NCBI GenBank assembly: GCA_003663355.1 | Contig: QMZV01000001.1 | Coordinates: forward strand, 1-55,624 | Source of the DNA: Candidatus Aenigmatarchaeota archaeon | GTDB taxonomy: Archaea > Aenigmatarchaeota > Aenigmatarchaeia > QMZS01 | Direction: 5' to 3' | Length of the DNA: 55,624 bases | In this document: piece after piece, positions 24,433 through 33,305 of the stretch | Position numbering within the stretch: the stretch's first letter is position 1 | How the letters are laid out: the number at the start of each line of letters is the position of its first letter | Notes under the pieces: model-generated | Told to the model about the DNA's origin: nothing | Database searches by the model: none | The model's input: the letters and a program-made list of their open reading frames with translations, nothing else | Position numbers and translations under genes: made by a program

Positions 24433-27400
24433 TCACCATTCTTGCTTTTTTCTTTTTTCATCATAATATCTTCTCCATTCCGCCAATTTCTTTTCTCTAA
24501 GTATCTCTTCTTCGCTTTTTCTTCTTTTGAATTTTTTAAATATGTTTTTTATTTTCTCTCCAAAGTTACATTTATTGCTCTCAAATATATATCCCTTTCC
24601 AGGAAGATAACCTTTCTTTGGAATAAGGGTATAAAATAAAATAACTCCTAAAAGAATAAGAACGAAAACAATAACACCTATTATAAGGAATGGGAAACCT
24701 CCTTTTTCTTTTAAATTACCAATTTCACTAAAAATAGAGTTTAGATCTTCCTTTAAGGAATCTATTAACTTTTTTGCTTCTATATAATTTCCTTGCTCAA
24801 TATAATTTTTTATCTGGTTTAATGTCTGGTTTGCATTATTTATTTTTTGTTCAATAGATGAAATATTTTTTCCTTTCTTTTTTGCTTCTTCAAATTTTTT
24901 AAACAGATTATCAAATTGAAATGTCAAATTTTCATAACACTTGTTTATTTTGATTTTCTCTTCTTCGCAAGGAAGAATTGTCAAATTAAATTTTTCTGTG
25001 AAATTTCTTTCATCAGAGATTGCTTTTAAAATTAATTCTTTGACTCCTATTTCTTTTGTTTTTGGAATTGTGAAACTGATTGTATATGTTTTCTCGCTGT
25101 TTTTTGAGAGATTGATTTTTAATTCAGTAATTTTAAATAAGTTTTCATCAATTCCGCTTAAAATTAAATACAAATTATGCAAAGTTGCTTCTCCTACATT
25201 TTTAACTTTAAAACTCATGTTCTTCTCTTCTCCTTGCGTAATGTTAATATCTTGAAGATTAAGAAATTTCAAGGATACTTTTTTCACTTTAAGAGTGATT
25301 TTTTTGCTCTTATTGTACTCATCTGATATAAATTTAATAGTTAAATTGTAATCTTTTGGTTCAAAGTCTTCTGGAATTGAAAAATGTATTTCAAAATCAA
25401 GTGTTTTCCCTGGACTTAAATCTCTCTTGTTATCTTTGTCATAGTCTATATTATAATAACCTTCGCTTATTCCAGACAAACTTAAATAAGAATTATGCAA
25501 TGTTGCATTTCCTGTATTTTTTACTCTAACTTTTAAATCTGCTGTTCCTCCTTGAAAAATTTCAATTTTAGAAACTTCAACATTGTTTATTTCAAGTTTC
25601 TCAAAGGAGATGCTATAATATATTGTTGGATTTTCATTTACATTTCCGTTATTTTGCGTTGAGGAACTTGTTATTGTTATTTCACCAATTTTTTTAAAAT
25701 CAGAATATTGACTTGTGGAATTTTCTACTCCGGACAATTTCACATAGATATTTTTATCTCCTGTTGAAGTACAAGAAAACCCTGAAGCATGATAGGATTT
25801 AATGGAGTTATTATTTATTTTTTCTGAAGTATCTGCTGTTTTATTTGTGCCACAAACTTTAATTTCAATTTTATTTATAAAAGCTGCCCAGTCCCCTGTG
25901 TTTTTGATCTTGATATACACATCAAATGAAGAATTTACAGATTTTGAAGAAGGTGTGTTATCTTCATCTAAAGAAACAACTAAATTGCCGTATTTGACAA
26001 CAATATTTTGTTGTATTGTTTTATTAAATCTTCCATCGGCTGAAGAAGCAGTTATGTTTATTGTATAAGTTCCCTTTTCTGTTCCATTTAAAGTCCAATT
26101 TAACAATTTTGAATTACTCTGGTTTATATTTCCAGCAGATTTTGTTAGATTATCTGTTGTACTAATTGCAGATGGCAATTGCAAAGTAACATTAACATTT
26201 TCTGCACTTAAATTTCCCAATTTTGAGATATTTATTTTAAATTCAAATGGATAACCTTTAACAATTGAATTCAAATCGCTTACAACACTCAAATTCAAAT
26301 CGTGCAACAATTCAAAAGTTAGATTTACTTCTGCAGTATTATTTGCATTATCCACTAAATTTCCCAAAATTGTATAATTACAACCTTCTTTAAAAATTGT
26401 TTTGTTTGTTGTGTTTAAATCTGCTGAAAACAATTTTGCAGAATTATCAAAAGTAAAATTTAAAGTTTGTGCAAGATTTCCTGTTGAGTTTAAAATTTCC
26501 AAAGTATAATTTTTTGATATATTCCATAAGTCATCTTTTGTCTGGTTGTCAAAGAAATAAACAGAGAAATTTAACTCTGTTAAATTGTCAGATTCAAAAT
26601 AATAAACTTTTTTGTTTAATCTTGGCAAAGTTTTGTTTGTTACATTGAAATTTAGAGTTAAGTTTAGGTATTTGAATGGTTGGCCGTTTGAGGAATTTAA
26701 ATAAATCCACCCAGAATAAGTTCCAGTAATATTTGGAGAAAAAACAGTTAGATTTATAGTTTTTGAATTGCCATTTGATATATTTACAGGCTCTGAAATA
26801 TTTGTTTCATTAATCCAACAAATAGAAAAATTTAATCCACTAAAACTGCTGTTAGAAACTGTTAAGTTTTCTAAATTTGAACTTCCAGTATTATTTACAA
26901 CGAATAATAAACTCTTTGTCTGATTCAAATTTATAAACAAATTTCTCGTTTTGTTGTAATTTTCAGTTTCCCCAGCTTCTAAAGATTGATTTCCAATATA
27001 ATAATTTTCCTTATAGTTTGGTCTGAGTTTTAGAATTGGTGCGGAGAGATTTATGTTTACAGGCAATTCAAAAGAATTCTTAGTGGCGGTAATTTTTATA
27101 ACAGTGTTATAATTTCCATCCACAACTTTATTTTCAGGAGAGGTTAAATTAAAGTAAACAACAGAACTGCTCTCGTTTGTCAAATTTCCCAATTTGGTAA
27201 TATTATTTCCGGATAAATGAATTGTTAAATTATAAGAGAAACTTGTTGTATCATTAGTGTTGTTTATTAAAACGGTCCAGTAGCCTTCAGAGATATCTGT
27301 TGTGAATGTCCAATTATTTCCCCCTTTTGTTGAATTTATCAAACCACCAGTTGAATTATAAAGAGATAGATTTATTTCATTTGTTGCATTAGAAACAAGA

Positions 27401-29799
27401 GAAACATTTATTGAAACAACAGAATTGTTATCAACATAAAAGGTCCAGTTTTTTGTTGTTCCATTTGAAATTGTCTTGTTTTCAAATTTGTGCTTAACAT
27501 CTGTAAAATTTGTTTTGAATCTATTATCCAAGAATTTAATTGTCAAATTGAAAGTTTCATTTCCAGAAACATTTTCACCGAAAACAGTTGCCCTCCAGAT
27601 TCCATATTTTACTTTTGTAATATTTAACTCTGTTATTAAAAAATTTCCACCACCAGAAGTATTTTCAAAATTCTCCCCAGTTCTCAGATTTGTCAGGTTC
27701 AAAGTTAAATTATTTGTTGAATTTGTCCAGGTCAGATTTGCTGTTAAATTTGAAGAAAAAGGAACAATAAATGTAAAATTTTTAGTTTGATTTGAAATAT
27801 TTTGATTTTGCCAATCATAAGTTAGATAATAATTTTCCACACTCAGAGTAACATTTTCTTCTGCTGCCGTTGTTTTGATGGTGAAATTTCTGTTTTTTGT
27901 TTGGGCAGGTTCTAAACTTAAATTTTCTTCCCGTTCCGCTTCAATGAAACTTTTTGTAATTATTAAAGTTCCAGATAGATTATTACTTTGCGTTGCAGAA
28001 ATATTTACAGAGCCGCTTGAAGTTTCGCCAAACCATATTGTTATATTCCAAATTCCTAGTTCGGGATTGCTTATTATGATGCTATTTTCTGTAGTATTGG
28101 TTTTGTTACTTTCTTTTGTTATGTTATCCTTTTCCACGGCAAGATAGCTGTCAGTTAAAACAGAAAAATTAGCTTTTACAATTAAATTGGAAATATTTCC
28201 TATTTCAACCAAGTAATTTTTTGTTTCGCAATCTGTTTGAATTTCTATTTTTTTCTTTAATATAAATGGGACATCTACTTCCATACCAACTGATATTATA
28301 GTTGAATTTGTATCTTCTGTTATATTTACATCAATTTTTCCAGTATAAATTCCAGAAGAATTTTCAGGTGCTGTCAGATTAATATTTATTGTTGTGCTGT
28401 TCGTATTATTTATTGTCAGAATTTCGTTCCCCGTTGCATTATAACTCAAATTTCCATCAACCCAGGCGAATATATTTGAGTTATTTATTGTTTGATTTTC
28501 ACTATTTGTCAGATTTGAAAAAGTTATTGTAATGTTTATATTTTTTGTTGAAATTATTGTTATATTTTTTGTTTCAGTGCTGTTTGACTCCAAAATAAAT
28601 TCCAATTTTTTCGGAATAACCGAAACATTAAATTCTGATAAATTTAGATAAGTAAGATAAGGATCTATTCTTGAATGATTTTCATTATTGCCAATACTTA
28701 TTCCCGTATTTATAAACAAATCCTCTAATTCCTGCGGTGTTTTTGATATTCCTTTTAATTCAAGATATTGCTTAATTAAGGCAAAAGCTCCTGCAACATG
28801 AGGGGTTGCCATTGAGGTTCCATCTAAATTTTTCCAACCATTTGGCCAAGTTGAATAAATTGATTCGCCAGGAGCAAAGAGAATTGGTAAATTCCAGTAA
28901 TTGCTAAAACTAGAAATTGAATCTTCACCATTCACAGAACCAACAGGAGTTGCATTCTGAATGCATGCGGGTAATGAAATAGCACTTGAATTATACTCAT
29001 TTCCGCTCGCAACAATAACAGAAATATTTTTTGCTGTTGCATTGTTTATTGCAGAAGTTAGTAGTGGCACTTCAGCATCGCAATAACTGTTATTATGATA
29101 ATCTGTTGTGCCAAGACTCATTGAAATCACTGAAATATTGTATTCTTCTGAGAAATCTGTGCAGTAATTTATTCCTGCAATAAGATCATCAAAATTGGCA
29201 TATCCTCGTTCTCCAAAAATATTCACAACAACCAATTTAGAATCAGGAGCAACTCCTTTGTAAGTAGTATTATTTGAAGCAATAATCCCAGCAACATGAG
29301 TTCCATGCCCTACTTTATCGTAGCAAGCAGAATGATTTGAGGAGCAATTATATTTTTCATCCATTGAACTATTTTCTACAAATCTCCATCCTCCGAGAAT
29401 TTTTCCACTACTCCAGTTTCCACCAAGAGCAGAATGATTGTAATCAATTCCTGTGTCAATAATGCAAATTGTTTGCCCTTTTCCAGTCAAATTTATTCCA
29501 TTTACAGAGATATTCCACAATTTATCCGCCTGAATTTGAGGAACAGATTCATCCAAGAAAGCATAAACTTTCAGATTTGGATAAATTTTGTATCCTTTTG
29601 CTTTTAATTCATCAATTTGAGTTTCGTTTAATTCCCCAGAACAGGAATTTGTTCCGTAAATTTGGTTACATTTTATGTTTTGTTGAGTCAGACTAGAAAT
29701 TCCTATCTCACCCGTTGGAGGTGTTATAATATAACTATCTGCAAAACATGGTGCAGTTAAAACAATCAATAAAACAAGCAATAACTCTATTTTCTTCAT
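24433..29799 (-). CDS. giant membrane-anchored surface protein: N-terminal subtilisin (S8) protease plus a long Asn-rich beta-repeat stalk with CARDB-like repeats
   Basis: Signal peptide MKKIELLLVLLIVLTAPCFA. Catalytic triad contexts IIDTGIDYNH, GHGTHVAGI and GTSMATPHVAG. About 1300 aa saturated with NxS/T sequons. Two tandem CARDB-like units are present (...DLKVRVKNTGNATLHNSYLSLSGI... and ...MSFKVKNVGEATLHNLYLILSGI...). Coiled coil, single TM (FPFLIIGVIVFVLILLGVILFY) and a basic tail. Confidence 0.85.
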   Translation of the reverse strand: MKKIELLLVLLIVLTAPCFADSYIITPPTGEIGISSLTQQNIKCNQIYGTNSCSGELNETQIDELKAKGYKIYPNLKVYAFLDESVPQIQADKLWNISVNGINLTGKGQTICIIDTGIDYNHSALGGNWSSGKILGGWRFVENSSMDEKYNCSSNHSACYDKVGHGTHVAGIIASNNTTYKGVAPDSKLVVVNIFGERGYANFDDLIAGINYCTDFSEEYNISVISMSLGTTDYHNNSYCDAEVPLLTSAINNATAKNISVIVASGNEYNSSAISLPACIQNATPVGSVNGEDSISSFSNYWNLPILFAPGESIYSTWPNGWKNLDGTSMATPHVAGAFALIKQYLELKGISKTPQELEDLFINTGISIGNNENHSRIDPYLTYLNLSEFNVSVIPKKLEFILESNSTETKNITIISTKNINITITFSNLTNSENQTINNSNIFAWVDGNLSYNATGNEILTINNTNSTTININLTAPENSSGIYTGKIDVNITEDTNSTIISVGMEVDVPFILKKKIEIQTDCETKNYLVEIGNISNLIVKANFSVLTDSYLAVEKDNITKESNKTNTTENSIIISNPELGIWNITIWFGETSSGSVNISATQSNNLSGTLIITKSFIEAEREENLSLEPAQTKNRNFTIKTTAAEENVTLSVENYYLTYDWQNQNISNQTKNFTFIVPFSSNLTANLTWTNSTNNLTLNLTNLRTGENFENTSGGGNFLITELNITKVKYGIWRATVFGENVSGNETFNLTIKFLDNRFKTNFTDVKHKFENKTISNGTTKNWTFYVDNNSVVSINVSLVSNATNEINLSLYNSTGGLINSTKGGNNWTFTTDISEGYWTVLINNTNDTTSFSYNLTIHLSGNNITKLGNLTNESSSVVYFNLTSPENKVVDGNYNTVIKITATKNSFELPVNINLSAPILKLRPNYKENYYIGNQSLEAGETENYNKTRNLFINLNQTKSLLFVVNNTGSSNLENLTVSNSSFSGLNFSICWINETNISEPVNISNGNSKTINLTVFSPNITGTYSGWIYLNSSNGQPFKYLNLTLNFNVTNKTLPRLNKKVYYFESDNLTELNFSVYFFDNQTKDDLWNISKNYTLEILNSTGNLAQTLNFTFDNSAKLFSADLNTTNKTIFKEGCNYTILGNLVDNANNTAEVNLTFELLHDLNLSVVSDLNSIVKGYPFEFKINISKLGNLSAENVNVTLQLPSAISTTDNLTKSAGNINQSNSKLLNWTLNGTEKGTYTINITASSADGRFNKTIQQNIVVKYGNLVVSLDEDNTPSSKSVNSSFDVYIKIKNTGDWAAFINKIEIKVCGTNKTADTSEKINNNSIKSYHASGFSCTSTGDKNIYVKLSGVENSTSQYSDFKKIGEITITSSSTQNNGNVNENPTIYYSISFEKLEINNVEVSKIEIFQGGTADLKVRVKNTGNATLHNSYLSLSGISEGYYNIDYDKDNKRDLSPGKTLDFEIHFSIPEDFEPKDYNLTIKFISDEYNKSKKITLKVKKVSLKFLNLQDINITQGEEKNMSFKVKNVGEATLHNLYLILSGIDENLFKITELKINLSKNSEKTYTISFTIPKTKEIGVKELILKAISDERNFTEKFNLTILPCEEEKIKINKCYENLTFQFDNLFKKFEEAKKKGKNISSIEQKINNANQTLNQIKNYIEQGNYIEAKKLIDSLKEDLNSIFSEIGNLKEKGGFPFLIIGVIVFVLILLGVILFYTLIPKKGYLPGKGYIFESNKCNFGEKIKNIFKKFKRRKSEEEILREKKLAEWRRYYDEKRKKQEW

Positions 29800-29886
29800 A
29801 ATAACTCAAAAAAACTAAAAATAAAAAGAAAATAGTTTAATTTGTTTTTGTATTAATACAATAAAATATCAGAGAAAGTAACTTTT

Positions 29887-30138
29887 ATGGAAATTAAAGT
29901 AATTTATACTGATGAATTTAAAAATGATTTAAAAAAGATAAAAGACAAAACAATTCAAGACCGCGTTGAGAAAATTATACAAAAGATAATAGATAACCCA
30001 AAAGTTGGGAAGCCTTTATGTTATGACCTTGCTGGCTTGAGAAGTATGAGGATCCCTCCATTTAGGCTTATCTATGAATTCACAGAAGATAAAATAGTTT
30101 TGCATAAATTTGGACATAGAAAAAAAGTTTATAAATGA
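29887..30138 (+). CDS. RelE/ParE-family toxin
   Basis: 83 aa. ...LKKIKDKTIQDRVEKIIQKIIDNP..GKPLCYDLAGLRSMRIPPFRLIYEF.EDKIVLHKFGHRKKVY is the canonical RelE/ParE pattern. Confidence 0.75.
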   Translation: MEIKVIYTDEFKNDLKKIKDKTIQDRVEKIIQKIIDNPKVGKPLCYDLAGLRSMRIPPFRLIYEFTEDKIVLHKFGHRKKVYK

Positions 30139-30139
30139 A

Positions 30140-30358
30140 TTATTTCCACAAATCACTAAAGTTTCTTAGTTCATGAACCCGGCCAAATTTTAAATCCTCT
30201 CTTGATCTATTCAAACCTTCTATTAATTCTTTGTCATTTTTTATTTCAATTGTTTCTATTAAACTTTCTAGTCTATCAGCAAGTCTAACTATCTCTTCAA
30301 AAGTTTTATAATCTACTAAAATTTGTCTTGGATAATTAATTAATTGAGTTCCTCCCAT
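30140..30358 (-). CDS. antitoxin-like small protein, convergent with the RelE gene
   Basis: 72 aa from ATG 30358. ...ETIEIKNDKELIEGLNRSREDLKFGRVHELRNF resembles the C-terminal (xxSxEDxKxGRV) tail common in archaeal Phd/RelB-like antitoxins. Confidence 0.4.
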   Translation of the reverse strand: MGGTQLINYPRQILVDYKTFEEIVRLADRLESLIETIEIKNDKELIEGLNRSREDLKFGRVHELRNFSDLWK

Positions 30359-30646
30359 ATATAAAATTATAAGTTTTATAAATATATACTTCAACCTAAA
30401 CTTCTTGGAATTTCATCTAAGGTTCCTTTCTCAGTAGTTTCTTCAAAAAAATCTCAACAATTTCATTAAATCTTTTTCTTACTCTCTCATAATTTTCTCC
30501 ACTTGTAGACAAATTGAGAGCCTAATAATAAGCAACAAATCTATTGTCCTCCTTAAATATAGAAAGTGGAATAGTAATATTTAATCCAATTATATTTTTC
30601 TCTATTATAATTAATAAAATAAACCAAAAAATTATAAAAAATAAAT

Positions 30647-30988
30647 TTATTCTTTTGCAAATTTATAGACAGCTTTTATTGCTACAATTACTGCTGCTGG
30701 AGCAACTAATGTTGCAATATTTGTGACAATTGCACTTAAGTATAGACCTATTGTTCCTAAAGCTCCAAAGCTTGCTCCTCCTGTAACTGCCAAAGCAATT
30801 GCTGCAATTAAGAAGGACTCTACTTCTTTTGCTTCAATGTTTAGAAGACCAACAATTATACCAACAATCACCAATATTACACCTATAATCTCTGTATATG
30901 CTGATATGTAATTTACTGCCAACCCTGCAACTACTGCTACAATTATTCCAAGAAGGAAGATATAACTTCCTATTTCTTTCATCTCCAT
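30647..30988 (-). CDS. small Gly/Ala/Ile-rich membrane protein
   Basis: 113 aa with three to four hydrophobic helices. Visibly higher GC than its surroundings. Confidence 0.5.
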   Translation of the reverse strand: MEMKEIGSYIFLLGIIVAVVAGLAVNYISAYTEIIGVILVIVGIIVGLLNIEAKEVESFLIAAIALAVTGGASFGALGTIGLYLSAIVTNIATLVAPAAVIVAIKAVYKFAKE

Positions 30989-31227
30989 AATTTGTAAATT
31001 ATTATTTATTTAATATTAAGAAAAATAACGGCAATTGTTGAAATTTTAATTTTATCAATGAGAAGTCTCTTTTTTAGAATTGATTTTGGTTAGTTGCAAT
31101 GCTATAGACAGATTATTTAAAAACAAATTCAAAGACTTTATATCCATTATTGATGATATACTAAGATCACAAATTTTATCCCTACATAGAAATTTTGCTT
31201 AATAAAATCAAAAAAACAAAGAGAATT

Positions 31228-32016
31228 ATGAGTGGTGAAAAGATGATTATAAAGAAGCTTTTAGAAAAATTTGAAATAAAGGATATGAATGATTGGAATA
31301 ATGTTAATGCTGATTTGGTTATAACAGACCCGCCTTTTGGAATAGAATTTAGCGGGAAAAATGGAAATTATCATAGAAATGCAGAATATGTTGTTGATGG
31401 CTATGTTGAATGGGGGGTTTCAGAATATGGACAGAAAATTCAGCAATTATTAGAAGTAATTAAAAGAAATTTAAAATCCAATGGACAAGGTTTAATATTC
31501 TCTGGGTGGAATAACAGTAATATAATTCACGACAGGGTTATGAGATTTAAAGGATTAACATTAAGAGGTAAATTATATTGGACCTACAATTTTGCTCCTA
31601 CATGCAAAAAAAGACCTGCCCATAATGTTTATGAAATTTTTTGGGTAACAAAAAGTGATAAATGGGTATATAACACAAGATGTACTACCCATCATTGTCA
31701 AAGAGGAGAACCAAATTTAACAACTCTTAATTTTAAGAGAGATTATAAAGTAAAAATGCCAAAGTATCCAACAAGATTGCCATTTAAGCTATTACAATGT
31801 TTGATAGAGCATTTTTCCAATAAAGGAGATCTGATATTTGATCCTTTGGCTGGTAGTGGAATGGTTGGGGTAGTAGCATATTTTTTAAAAAGGGATTTTA
31901 TATTAGGAGATTTAAACTCAAATGGAAAAGTAGTATTTGAAGCTCTTTTGGATTATTATATAAATAAAAATGGTTTTGTACAGGATAAGAAATTATTAAC
32001 ATGGTGGAAAAAATGA
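31228..32016 (+). CDS. beta-class amino (N6-adenine or N4-cytosine) DNA methyltransferase
   Basis: Motif IV VITDPPFG lies near the N-terminus. AdoMet motif I LIFDPLAGSGMVG lies near the C-terminus, giving the IV->I order of the beta class. ATG 31228 or 31243 preferred over the TTG at 31195. Confidence 0.8.
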   Translation: MSGEKMIIKKLLEKFEIKDMNDWNNVNADLVITDPPFGIEFSGKNGNYHRNAEYVVDGYVEWGVSEYGQKIQQLLEVIKRNLKSNGQGLIFSGWNNSNIIHDRVMRFKGLTLRGKLYWTYNFAPTCKKRPAHNVYEIFWVTKSDKWVYNTRCTTHHCQRGEPNLTTLNFKRDYKVKMPKYPTRLPFKLLQCLIEHFSNKGDLIFDPLAGSGMVGVVAYFLKRDFILGDLNSNGKVVFEALLDYYINKNGFVQDKKLLTWWKK

Positions 32017-33221
32017 GTGAAATAGATTTTGTTAAGAAATTGGTATTCAAAATAGCAGAAGTGGGTCATCAAAGAAAGATTATGGATTCCCCTTCTTTAG
32101 CAGATATAGAACCATTTCGACACTTCTTTGACAGAAATGGAAATTTAAAATATGATGAACTAAACTCTATGGATGGTGCTTGGACAAGAAGAGAAATTTT
32201 AGCAAGATTTCTTTTGTTAAGTGTTGTTTTAGACCAAGGACCAGATATTCCTGGAGTTAGGGATTTCTTGAAGAATGTAACCAATGCTCTTTACAGAAAA
32301 GAAATAAGGATATTCCATAGATCACTAGATTTCTTTAGAGAGTTAAATATTTCTATTGATGAGATTTTAGATAAGCACAATTCTGTTAAAAAGTTAAGAG
32401 CAAAGATATGGGCTAAACTTAACAACTCAAATCCAAGTAAATATAATTTATTTTTTGCTCAATCCCCAAGAGGAATAATTTCTATTAATCAGGTATTAGA
32501 TTACGGAATTCACAGATGGGGTGTTCCGTTATGTGTTCCTCTACTTTTAGAGAAAGATTTAGGTGAAAAAGAATCAACCCAACCATTTGTAGAATATTTG
32601 GAAAGTTTTGAATCTTCTGAAATAATGAGTAAAGAACTAAAAAATCATGAAAGATATGGACTTGGTAGTGCAATAGGAAATAAAGCTTGTCACTTATTTG
32701 TTAAATGGTACATCCATACATTTAGTTTATCTTCTAAAAAAGAAGATGGTTGGAGTAAATGGTCTTTTGAAGTTCCTTTTGATAGCAATGCAGGTAGGGT
32801 ATTATTTAGAGCAGGATTTTTTACCTCTTTTGCAGATTTAGAAGATTACGAAGATTGGGAGGTGATACAAAAGGGTAAAGGAAAAGGAAAAACTCATTAT
32901 ATTAGAGTAACAAATATAAGAGGTAAAAAAGTTCAGAAAGACATTGAGGATGAAAAAATTATAGAAAACTATAATAATGTCGTTTTAAACCACTTAAAAA
33001 TTAGGAAGAAACCTCCCACCAAACTAGAAATTCAACAGATCCCTAATACAATATTGCTTAATTCAAAGTTTGGAATTGGAGATTTTGATGATGGGCTTAT
33101 TTACATAGGAACTAAATTTTGTTTTAATCATGAGAAACCAGATTGTAAAAATTGTCCATTAAAAGATCTGTGTTTAAGTAAAAATAAGAAACCTGAATTA
33201 ATTAAAAATTATAGAACATAA
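32013..33221 (+). CDS. divergent HhH-GPD superfamily (EndoIII/MutY-like) protein with a [4Fe-4S] cluster loop
   Basis: LLLSVVLDQGPD (compare LLSAQATD of Nth), GLGSAIGNKACHLF (HhH / GVGRKTANVVL), PFDSNAGRVLFRAGF (VDTHIFRVCNR, catalytic Asp) and LIYIGTKFCFNHEKPDCKNCPLKDLC (C-x7-C-x2-C-x5-C versus C-x6-C-x2-C-x5-C). ATG 32013 overlaps the MTase TGA (ATGA). Confidence 0.65.
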   Translation: MSEIDFVKKLVFKIAEVGHQRKIMDSPSLADIEPFRHFFDRNGNLKYDELNSMDGAWTRREILARFLLLSVVLDQGPDIPGVRDFLKNVTNALYRKEIRIFHRSLDFFRELNISIDEILDKHNSVKKLRAKIWAKLNNSNPSKYNLFFAQSPRGIISINQVLDYGIHRWGVPLCVPLLLEKDLGEKESTQPFVEYLESFESSEIMSKELKNHERYGLGSAIGNKACHLFVKWYIHTFSLSSKKEDGWSKWSFEVPFDSNAGRVLFRAGFFTSFADLEDYEDWEVIQKGKGKGKTHYIRVTNIRGKKVQKDIEDEKIIENYNNVVLNHLKIRKKPPTKLEIQQIPNTILLNSKFGIGDFDDGLIYIGTKFCFNHEKPDCKNCPLKDLCLSKNKKPELIKNYRT

Positions 33222-33305
33222 ATTTTCGGCAGCGTTGGGCATTCTTCACTTTTACTTCATAAGTTTTTCAATTATTAAATTAAAGTGGTTGACTGACTTT
33301 TGAAA

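Noticed and set aside
30395-30646. Possible gene remnant on the minus strand (..GENYERVRKRFNEIVEIF..) and a 12/13-nt match to 6020-6032
   Set aside because: There is no start codon and no recognisable family. The short match is within chance expectation for this composition.
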